Positions 29,280 through 39,658 of a stretch of 64,000 nucleotides of DNA are shown here, one piece after another; within the stretch, counting starts at the first letter, position 1; the number at the start of each line of letters is the position of its first letter. This DNA is from the human T2T-CHM13v2.0 reference genome, Homo sapiens, in the NCBI RefSeq assembly GCF_009914755.1, contig NC_060929.1, one strand, 5' to 3'. The notes under the pieces are model-generated. The model was not told where the DNA came from. It made no database searches and was given only the letters and a program-made list of their open reading frames with translations. The translations under genes and the position numbers were made by a program.

Positions 29280-30200
29280 TTTAATGATGTCATTAGTATG
29301 TGATAGACCATGTTCTATGCACTCTGGACATATTAACTATTAAATTTTCATGAACTCCTAGGAAGAAAGTCCTATTATTACCTCCACTTCTAACATCAAA
29401 ACTGAGGCATAAATAAGTAATTTGTCCAATATAATAAATGACAAGAGTTAGGGCTGGAGCACGTGGCACATGCTCTCAGCTTTAACTCACACTTCCAGGC
29501 AACACAGGAGAAACACTCTATAATAAAGAGGATGGGTCTCCGGTCAGACAGGCCCGGGTTCAAATCCTGCCTCTGAGACTCACAAGCTCTACCATTTGGG
29601 AATGTTACTTACCTTCTCTGAACCTGTTTTTCTTCTATAAAATGGGCATGATAATAATACCTGCTTTGTGAGGTGGATGTGACAATCAAATGTACATAAA
29701 TCACCAAGTAAAGGATTTGTCCCCATTTCCAGGCAGGTGACTTTTAAAAGATATTACATATGTATTTTATTTTAGAAATTCCAAGATGCCACTGTACCTC
29801 TCTCCATCTAGATGGCCCACAGTTGCCTTCAAGTCAAACCCAAATACCAACTGTTGTCAGTTCTCTTGCTCAGGCCAGATACCTAGAGCCATCTTGGCTT
29901 CACCTCCATCCTCCATCTTCCGACCTCTATATCTAATCAGTAGACAAGACTCGTTGATTCCTCCAATTTGGCTGGAAACATCCAAATGTTTCCTCCATCA
30001 GCATTGTTAAAACTTACCACGTGTCAGGTACTGTGGAAGTATTTAAAAATACCTCCAGGGGTAGATATTACTATTACCTGTATCTCCAGTTCAGTGATGA
30101 GAAAGCTGAGCCTGTAAGAGATTAAGTGGTTTGTTCAGTGTTTCATAATGGATATGTAATAGAGCAGGGATTGGAATTCACACTGTCTGATTCCAGAGCC
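29280..30200. mobile_element. cluster of MIR (29280-29460 -, 29520-29700 +, 30010-30200 -) and L2 fragments
   Basis: MIR core motifs in both orientations, e.g. gggttcaaatcctgcctctg...ataaaatgggcatgataataatacct. Confidence 0.6.
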
Positions 30201-30714
30201 CATGATCTCGTACAATCTCGGCAGTTCCTATGGTTACACTGGACAACATGCAGCTTTGAGACGAACTGAGACTAGATCTTGCAGGTCTTTAGTTCAAATG
30301 TCCCAGGAAACAGCTCATTTTGATCGAGCCAAATCAGGCACCCACTCCCAGGCCAATCACTGTGACCAGGAAGGTGGGGCCTGTAAAAAGGTGGCAGCTC
30401 CATTTTGAACCAGACAGTCTGAAGGGCAGGACTGTGGCCAGAAGGGGAAAAAGGAAGGGGTGCAAGACGATACAAGGCCACTATGCTTCCCTACTCAAAA
30501 ACCTGTCGTGCCCTTTTGACTACTTGTATATAGGACCTTGCAGGCCACCGTGATCTGACCTCTACCTCCATTTATGCCTTCGTCTCTCATCATACCCCAT
30601 CATACTTTCTTCTCTCAAACCACGATAAACTCCCACATTTCCTCTACCCTGTACTTTTCTGTTATTGGTCTTTCATTCTCATAGCTTCCTTAGTTAAAAA
30701 TCCTTCATTCCCCA

Positions 30715-31343
30715 AATAGGAACGCTTTTACACTGTTGGTGGGAGTGTAAATTAGTTCAACCATTGTGGAAGACAGTGTGGCGATTCCTCAAGGATCTAG
30801 AACTAGAATTACCATTTGACCCAGCTATCCCATTACTGGGTATATACCCAAAGGATTATAAATCATGCTACTACAAAGACACATGCACACGTATGTTCAC
30901 TGCAGCACTGTTCACAATAGCAAAGACTTGGAACCAATGCAAATGTCCATCAATGACAGACTGGATTAAGAAAATATGGCACATATACACCATAGAATAC
31001 TATGCAGCCATAAAAAAGGATGAGTTCATGTCCTTTGCAGGGACGTGGATGAAGCTGGAAACCATCATTCTCAGCAAACTATCACAAGGACAGAAAACCA
31101 AACGCTGCATGTTCTCACTCATAGGTGGGAATTGAACAATGAGATCACTTGGACACAAGGCAGGGAACATCACACATTGGGGGCCGTTAGGGGGTGGGGG
31201 CCTGGGGGAGGGATAGCATTAGGAGAAATACCTAATGTAAATGATGAGTTGATGGGTGCAGCAAACCAACATGGCACATGTATACATATGTAACAAACCT
31301 GCACATTGTGCGCGTGTATCCTAGAACTTAAAGTATTAAAAAA
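30715..31343 (+). mobile_element. 5'-truncated L1PA 3' end (~630 bp)
   Basis: Track ORF 30764-31135 is the L1 ORF2 C-terminus; L1PA 3' UTR and poly-A follow; TSD aaaaatccttcattc at 30696-30710 and 31344-31358. Confidence 0.95.
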
Positions 31344-31947
31344 AAAAATCCTTCATTCTCCAGCTCTGCGTATTTGCCACTTAACCAACCACCCTTCAGG
31401 ACTCAGACCAAATGCTCCCTTGATTGGGAAGTGGGTCTTCCCAGCAGAAAGTAATGTCCCACTCTGTGCTGCACTGGACCCCATAGTCCTTCAGAGATGC
31501 CCGAGTCGGAGTTCCCCTGAGGGGGTTGTGCGTTTTATATCCATATGGCCAGTCATCAGCTCTGGGCTTCCTCAGAAAGGGGAGACACGATCTTGGCGAG
31601 GTGGCTGTCTTCTGCGGAGAACAATCACAGAGAGGGCTGACTGCCAGTAGAACTTCTAGTAGTAGAGCGTGGAATAATGAGGTGAGGAGGGTGAATAAGT
31701 GTCTCATTCTGAAGGAGGAGACCGTAGCAGCACTTCACAGTCTCCATCACACTCTAGAATCACAAGGAGCTCTGAGGGAAGCTCTAAATTCCTCCAGAGG
31801 CTGAACTTGGGGAGGGGGCGGATTGTAAAATTCCATGAGAAAAAGGGATAAAAGAAAGTCAAGGAGCAGGTTAGAAAGTATAAGGGCTGGTCCGGGAAAG
31901 TATTTAAGGTTCAAATGTTTGATGTGGAAAAGAAGTTTCTTGAATTG

Positions 31948-32233
31948 GCCAGGCACAGTGGCTCACGCCTATAATCCCAGCACTTTGAGAGGCAGAGGCA
32001 GGCGGATCACGAGGTCAGGAGTTTGATACCAGCCTGACCAATGTGGTGAAGCCCTGTCTGTACTAAAAATACAAAAATTATGGCACACACCTGTAATCCC
32101 AGCTACTCAGGAGGCTGAGGCAGGAGAATCACTTGAACCCAGGAGGTAGAGGTTGTGGTGAGCCAAGGTCGTGCCAGTGCACTCCAGCCTGGGCGACAGG
32201 ACAAGACTCTCTCAAAAAAAAAAAAAAAAAAAA
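31948..32233 (+). mobile_element. Alu (AluS)
   Basis: dimer with a small deletion; TSD gaagtttcttgaattg on both sides. Confidence 0.93.
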
Positions 32234-32269
32234 GGAAGTTTCTTGAATTGACAGGGTGTCATTGTTTTC

Positions 32270-33390
32270 TAGCATTTATTCAACAGATGATGTTCATGGA
32301 GTCTTACTATGAGTAATATTCAGGAATGTTCTAGGTGCTGAGGATATAACAGTGAGGGAGACAGAAGCTATCAAGCAATTAAGCGTACATACTAGAATGT
32401 CAGGGAGCAACAGGTGCTACAGAGGAAAAGGAGGATAGGGTCACGCAGAAAAAGGGATAGGGTTTTACTCCAGTACAATGGGAAGATGTCGGAAGGTGTT
32501 GAGCAGAGAAGAGGCACGATAGTGATTTATGTTTTCAAGGTACTCATTGGCTGCTCAATGGGGAACAGGCAGTAGGAGAGTAAGAGTGAATGCAGGGAGA
32601 CGGCTGGGAGATTACTCCAGTAGTCCAGGTGAGAAGTGGCGATGGGCTGGATGGGGGTAGCAATGGGGCTTGTCAGAAATTGTTTAATTTACTATATGCT
32701 TTGAAGGTAGAGCTGACTGGGGTGAGAGAAGATTAAAAGATTCATAGATGACTTCAAATTTTTGACTTAAGGAAGGATGGGGTTGCCATATACTGAGATG
32801 AGGAAGACTATGGGATGAACGGTTGTTTTTTTGCAGGGAAATTCAGTCTTGAACACGTTGAGTTTGAGATGCCTACTAGATAGTCAAGAGGAGATGTTGA
32901 GTAGGCAGCACACAGGTCTGCATTTCAGAAAAGGAGAGGGGTGGAGAGACTTATTTAAAGCCACGGAGTGGATAAAATGATGTAGATAAAGAAGAGAAGA
33001 CGTCCCAGGAGAGGGCCCCGGGGTGAAATACTATTCAGAGGCTGCGAAGAGGAGGGGGACAGCCATGAGAAAATGAAGACACAGCAGGAGAATCAGGAAG
33101 GGGCTGGAGAGTGTGGTGTCCCAGAAGCTAAGTGAGAAGACTGTTTCAAGAAAGAGGGAGTGTTCAGCTGTATCAAACGCTGCTGCGATGTCAATGTGCA
33201 GACTGGAAACTGACCACCGAGCTTGGCATTGTGGGGACTGCAGGTGACCGTGACTGTGGGGATTGTTTCAGTGGGGTGGTGGGGATGAAAAGACTGAATG
33301 AAGTAGCTCAGGAGAAAATGGGGAGAAGGAAGTAGACCCAGTGTGTAGAGAGATGTTATAAAGGGCAAGTTTTGCTATAAAGGGAAGCAG
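32270..33390 (-). mobile_element. L2 LINE (~1.1 kb)
   Basis: catttattcaaca...ctaggtgctgaggatataacagtga; gagtttgagatgcctactaga...gagatgttgagtaggcag. Confidence 0.8.
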
Positions 33391-34632
33391 GGGAATAGAA
33401 AGGGGTTTTTGCTACCACTAAATCATGAGTATTTTCTTGGGTCTCTAAAATTCTTTGTATATCATAACCTATACTTTTTGTGGTGACACTACAGTATAAA
33501 AGTAATGCATGCATAATTTATACTACTGTATATAATGTGAATAATTACATTCGTGTAGTCAGACCTTACATGTTCAGAGCATTGCTGAGAAGCCAAAAGG
33601 AAATCATCTCTAGCGGTCAAAACAATTCCCGTGTATTCCTAGCTAGATTACACACTTCACTCTCTAGAGGACTCTCCAAGATCTTCTCATTTTTATGTTT
33701 AATAAAGTTATATTTTGTTTCACAAAGTTCTTAAAAGCTTCACAGCCTAAGTCTTCAAGAAACCAGAAGATGACAATTAGAAGGTTAGGATGGAGAAAGG
33801 GTGAAGGATGCGGTTGGGTTTGTGGAACAGCTATAGAAACTCTAAAGGCACAGCTGTTCGTGGCCACCCATGGAGAGGCACACAGCACAAGCTGTTGTGT
33901 TCAGTTGCACAGGTTGGTCACTGCACAGGGCTCCCTGCACAGAGCTGTAGCCATCCAGGGGGAGGGGCACCTTTTAGTCACATGAAGGTGTCATGTCATC
34001 CACTCATCAGGATCATGTTCTCAAGGCTGTGTGCACCTCAAGGCTCTCTCTAATTCATCCTCCCAGAGGGTGTGCCTTTTTCTAATTTGCATAAAAGAGT
34101 AGAGGCTAGCAATAGCTGTGGTCTAGCTCCTAGACACATTGTATTTAGAATAGTGACCTTAAATCAAGAAGATGCTAACTTTTCTTCACTGTTTAGACTG
34201 TAGAGATGTAGAGCTCATTTATCTTCGGTGTTTGAAGGACAAGCTTTAGGTATCTCGAACATTAAGTTAGTTGAAATATCATAAGGACACCAGATAAATG
34301 GTTTTATTAGCTCTAAGTAGTTCATTCTAGTATTTCGTAAATAAGGAATTCTTTTTGGTCAAAATAATACTGGAAACAAGGAAGGAATAATCCTTTTGGG
34401 TTTTACCTACTTGGGGAAGAACCTGGCTTTACTAATTAAGTATCAAGAGATGATACAGAATCACATATGTGCCAGAACTGGTAGCACTCTATCCTGTAGA
34501 AACAGTCTGGGATTCTTGGTGAGTCTGCATTATTAAATATATTATTCTCCACATCTACAAGCCATCAAAATGACAATTCCCCAAGTGATCTTCTGTCAGG
34601 CTAAGAAAAGGATCTTGGCAATACTGTGGCTT

Positions 34633-35171
34633 TGTTACAGGAAAGCGGTCCCAATCCAGACCCCAAGAAAGGATTCTTGGATCTCTCACAAGAAAGAATT
34701 CAGGGCGAGTCCGAAGTGCAAAGTGAAAGCAAGTTTAAGAAAATAAAGGAATAAAAGAATGGCTACTCCATAGACGGAGCAGTCCCGAGGGCTGCTAGTT
34801 GCCCATTTTTATGGTTATTTTTTGATGACACGCTAAACAAGGGGTGGATTATTTATGCCTCCCCTTTTTAGACCACACTGGGTAACTTCCTGACATTGCC
34901 ATGGCATTTGTAAACTGTCATGGTGCTGGTGGGAGCGTAGCAGTGAGGACGACCAAAGTCACTCTCGTTGCCATTTTGGTTTTGGTGGCTCCTTTACTGC
35001 AAGCTGTTTTACCAGCAAGGTCTTTGTGACCTGTATTTTGTGCTGACCTCCTATCTCATCCCGTGACTTAGAATGCCTTAACCGTCTGGGAATGCAGCCC
35101 AGTAGGTTTCAGCCTCATTTTACCCGGCTCCTATTTAAGATGGAGTTGCTTTGGTTCAAATGCCTCTGACA
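34633..35171 (-). mobile_element. MER41 (MER41A-type) ERV1 solo LTR
   Basis: tgttacaggaaag.ggtcc..atccagaccccaaga...aagatggagttgct.tggttcaaa.gcctctgaca; 539 bp; 4-bp TSD GCTT (34629-32, 35172-75). Confidence 0.88.
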
Positions 35172-35444
35172 GCTTTGCTTGACATAATCTTCCTCCAAGA
35201 ACCCAGTGCGGATGCATTTCTGAATTATAGAAACCACAGGGAAAAGTCCTTGCAGAAACTCATGCAGCCCATGTACATTTTACTAACAAAACAGAGTTTA
35301 GGAGAAAGAAAAAAAAAATTAAAACCTACCTTGTGCATCTGAATACTAAGGCATGAGTTAGGGATTTTGAAAAGCTGTAGGTTAGGTTGTGCACTCCCCA
35401 CTCCCCTAAACTTCAAAGCTTTAGACAATTCAGATAAAATTTCC

Positions 35445-35520
35445 CCTCCCACCTTTCCTTCCTCCCTCCTTCCGTCCTTTCTTTCCTCTTTCCCTCCTTC
35501 CCTCCCTTCCTTCCTTTTCT
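35445..35520. repeat. (CCTT)n-like pyrimidine tract
   Basis: directly visible. Confidence 0.85.
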
Positions 35521-36189
35521 CATCAAATTATCTGAATAATGTCTCCCTCTCTATTTAGTAGAGTTTCCAGGTATGACAGCTCATTGCTATTTTTCCCCTC
35601 TTAACTTATCTAGAAAAGGGGAAAGAGGCCACTTGCACTGTGATCATATGCTTTGTTGCCCATAAAAAATTTTTTTAAACTGGCCCGCTCAAGAAAGAAT
35701 CCACGCAATGCAAGAAGGAAAAACAATGAATTCAGAGAAGCTTGTTCCCATCCACTTGGAACGCAGTCTCTTTTTGGCAATCTATTTGATCAGCTGGGGG
35801 AAAGCATTCTTATTTACATAAACTCCTGATCCTTTGTGTTTCAGGATGGCACCATTCCAGGGATGTGGTTTCCATATGAATGGAGACTAAAGGCCCCCAG
35901 GTGCCCATCAGACACCTAATAGAGATAGCTTCTCTAGGCTGTCCAGGAATGTCTGGTTGTTTTCATCTCTTACAATCTTGCAGAATGATCTAATATTTGC
36001 AAATGCTTATGCCCTCTTTAACAATTCAATGACCAAATAAGAAATTAATTTAGAAAATAATTGTCTGAAAAACTTGTATGCCTACTGCATATAAACTCTC
36101 CTACTGGGTGCTACAGGGATTACAGAGATAGCTCGGCACTTGAGAAACAGACAGGTGAGAAGAAGCACCTAAACATTAATCTTCTTCCT

Positions 36190-36492
36190 GGCTGGGTGGT
36201 GTCGTACTTACAATCCCAGGACTTTGGGAGGCCAAGGCAGGAGGGTTACTTGAGACCAGGAGTTTGAGACCAGCCTGGGTAACATGGTGAGACCTCTGTC
36301 TCTACAAAAAGTAAACAAAACCTAACCAGGTGTGGTAGTGCACACCCATAGTCTTAGCTACGCTGGAGGCTGAGGCAGGAGGATTGCTGGAGCCCAGGAG
36401 TTTGAGGCTGCAGTGAGCTATGACTTCAGCCTGGGCAACAGAGGAAGAACCTCTCTCTAAAGAAAAAAAGAAAGAAAAAGAGAGAGAGAGAA

Positions 36493-36543
<51 letters not shown>

Positions 36544-36570
36544 AAGGGAAAGAAAAGAAGAAAGAAAGAA
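36190..36570 (+). mobile_element. Alu (AluJ) with tail expanded into a (GA)n purine tract
   Basis: forward dimer to ~36460, then ~110 bp almost purely purine. Confidence 0.88.
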
Positions 36571-38118
36571 ATTCTCTTCCTCTTACACTGAGCACACCAG
36601 GAACACAGGCAATGCTTTTTCTCTATATGCTCTACATCACCTAAATATAGTGTTGAGGACATAAACTAGTGATCAATAAATGGTTCTTGCAGTGAATTTC
36701 CATAATCAAAACCCACGGTAATCACCAGCCAAATTTTGCAGGAAACAAGCACTCCTTTCTCTCATTGTCCAGGGGCAGAGCAGATGGGGTGGCATATAAG
36801 GGCCACATAACCTTCCGTGGTAGGAAGTGATGTCAGACAAGAGGTTGTGAATATTTCATGTGGTTCAAATGAAAAGCACATTTAAGGAGACAGAGATGGT
36901 AACTGAGACATTGCTTATTGAAGAAGAGAATCTTTCACATCTGAAAAAACTCAAGTGCGTTAGAAGGTTTGACTACTCATGGCAAAATAGTTTTTGTGCT
37001 GATTTCACACTCTTACTGGTTTCTACTAAAAAAATGGAGCTTATCAACCACACAGGTGTCTACTCACTTACGGTTCTCACAGCTGGGATTGGACCACAGA
37101 GAAAGAAATAAAAGGCCTCCTGAGGCAATCACCAGCTCCTCTGCATCTAGAATCTGGCTCCAAAATGTTGCCTGCATTTACTTACTGTCTCTGTACTTGT
37201 GTCTTCTCTGAAGAACAATGCAAACTTCCAGCTGGGTTAAACCCAATTTAGCACAGCACTGTCCTTTAGATATTTTTAAAAACGTAAAGAGAAATGACCA
37301 CTGTTCTCACGCTGTAATTTCAAAATGGCAATTTCCCTACTATATACTTGTTAAAAGTGAAAATTTTTTAAAAAGGTAAAAGGAAAAAAAAACCCCACTC
37401 AGCTGCTCAGTGAGGCAGAGTTAAAATATTCTGCAGAAACAGCACTTATGAAACAGGCAGAACCCCTGGGGCTACCAATTCATGAACACACAACTGGCAG
37501 TACAAGACAGGTGTATTGTCGTAGACTCATCACCCAGAAAAGCATTATTATTTACTTTTAACAATAAACATTTTATGATGGCACTCCGTTTTAGTGATAA
37601 ATGACTGGGGAAAATAAAAAATGTGTATAGCAGAATCAAATATAGGCCCTCCCCGGGGGTTTCACTGGCTTTCTCTCACAGCTGCTGGCTACATTATTTC
37701 TTTTCCACTTACATTTTTACAGCATGGGGTTGGGGCGGGGGGGTGGCTCTTGGTTTTCTGGTTGTACCTGTCAGATTTGTTAATCAAATGAATCCAGTCC
37801 TACAAACGATGAGCCTGTGACAGCTGGCCTTTGGGGTTGGATTCTGCCCTGGGCAGCAAAGTGTCCCTTATTTGGGTATTTTTTTCCAGGTTGAAAACTC
37901 GGCACTTAAAATTTAGCATCTTACCACTGTGAAATAACAGGCATTCCGAAAGAACCTTCGGCATCTGATGCCTTTCCGGGAACACTTGGGCCACTCTCCT
38001 TAACCTTTACCGGCAGTTTTAAATACTACAATGCAGGTACAAGCAGAAAAGCCAAGGATGCGGGCTATGCAAAGCCACTCTGTGACTCTACCTACTGCCA
38101 TGGGAACGTACTTATGGA

Positions 38119-38764
38119 TGTGGCATGTGAGTGTGTGTGTGTGAGTGGGTTTGTGAAAGTGTGTGGATTCGTGCGAATACGTGTGTGAGTGCTTTGTGTG
38201 TATTTTTGGATGAATTTGTGAATGTACATGTGTGTTCATCTGTGTGTGTGTTTGATTATCTGCTTATGAGTCTGTATGATTGTGAACGTGTGAGTATATG
38301 TGTGCTGTTTGTGTGACTGTATGAGTGTAATGTGTGTATGAATGTATGTTTGAATGTGGGTTTGAGTGAATGTGTGGGTTGTGTGTGAATGTGTGTGTAA
38401 GTGAGCATATCACTGCGTGCATGTGTGTAGCTCCTTAAGTGTGTATCTGAATGTGGGTTTTATTTTTGTGCGCGGGAACGCACATTATGGGTGTATTTGT
38501 CTATATGCATTTGTGCGTTGTGACTGTGTGTTGAGTGTGAGCGTTGTGAGAATGTGTATTTGTGTGTCATGAGTGTGTGCGCGTGTGTTTTTGTGCATAT
38601 GTGCGCGCATTGTGTTTGTGTGCATTTGTGAGTGTATTTTTGTGCGTCTGAGTGTGTGCATTGTGGATCTGGGTGAATGTACTGGTCTGCGTGTGTGTGG
38701 GTGTGCGTGTGTGTGTGCGCGCGTTGTGCGCGAGTGTGCGAGCGCGTGTGAGCGGGTGTGTGGT
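38119..38764. repeat. long degenerate (TG)n-rich simple-repeat tract
   Basis: ~640 bp of interrupted TGTG/TGCG/TGAG repeats abutting the CpG island. Confidence 0.9.
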
Positions 38765-39312
38765 GCGGCCGGGCGCCTCCACCTCCCTGATCCGCCCCAT
38801 CCCGGCGGGCGCCCGAGCAGAGGCAGCGGCCCGGGCCGGGGCGGGCGAGGGAGGGACGCGAGCCGGGGCAAGCGGGCTGCGCCACCGCCGGCGCCGCGCC
38901 GACTTTGCCCTTTAAATCGGTCTCCAAGCCGATTACAGCTGAGCTCCCACGTGACGTTTTACCTTCTGTCTCCCGGAGCGCGTTGCCCGAGGACAGTCCT
39001 TCCCCGGCTGCCGCCCCAGCCCGCCGCGGGGGCTCGGCTCCCGCAACTTTGGGCGAAGCGGCGGCCGGCTCGGGCGCCCTCGCGGGGCCGCGCTCCACGC
39101 GGGCGTTGGGGGCTTGGGGGGCTCCGGGGGCTCGGCCGGGAGGGTGGTGGTTAGGGCGGAGAGCGTGCCTCGGCCCCAGCCCGCGCCCCTGCCACCGCGC
39201 GCCGCGGCCTCCCGAAAGCGGGCGGGGTGCCCTGCGCGCGGCGTGGGGAAAGGGGGCGCCCTTCGCCGGCCGGGACCTGAGCGGTCGCGCCCTCGAGGGA
39301 GCCAGCTGGGCC

Positions 39313-39333
39313 ATGGCCGCGAGGCAGGGGTGA
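39313..39333 (+). other. upstream ORF (MAARQG*) in the presumed RASGRF2 5' leader
   Basis: GCC ATG GCC GCG AGG CAG GGG TGA; Kozak context GCCATGG; stop 37 nt before the main ATG. Inclusion in the mRNA depends on TSS position. Confidence 0.6.
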
Positions 39334-39370
39334 GACCGGCGGCCACCCGTGAGCCCTCCGCACCCGCACC

Positions 39371-39658
39371 ATGCAGAAGAGCGTGCGCTACAACGAGGGG
39401 CACGCCCTGTACCTGGCCTTTCTGGCGCGCAAGGAGGGCACCAAGCGCGGCTTCCTGAGTAAGAAGACGGCCGAGGCGAGCCGCTGGCACGAGAAGTGGT
39501 TCGCCCTCTACCAGAATGTGCTCTTCTACTTCGAGGGCGAGCAGAGCTGCCGCCCGGCGGGCATGTACCTCCTGGAGGGCTGCAGCTGCGAACGAACGCC
39601 CGCGCCACCCAGGGCCGGCGCCGGGCAGGGAGGCGTCCGAGACGCGCTGGACAAGCAG
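39371..39658 (+). CDS. RASGRF2: RASGRF2 (Ras protein-specific guanine nucleotide-releasing factor 2) coding exon 1, N-terminal PH domain start; gene continues beyond the window
   Basis: Translation [74 protein letters not shown]...ALDKQ matches the RASGRF2 N-terminus as I recall it. ATG is in CACCATGC. 288 nt end at a phase-0 donor CAG|GTACCG (39658/39659). The track ORF continuing to 39721 is intron read-through. Confidence 0.97.

Noticed and set aside
33860-34120. Possible hAT-Tip100-type MITE with an octamer ATTTGCAT (~34085)
   Set aside because: Resemblance too weak to assign by eye; needs a Dfam search.
38460-39608. 382-aa minus-strand ORF and other long ORFs (193, 185, 142 aa) over the CpG island
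   Set aside because: Low-complexity Arg/Ala/Pro/Gly and His-Thr repeats are expected from stop-poor GC-rich DNA and the (CA)n tract; no recognisable domain.
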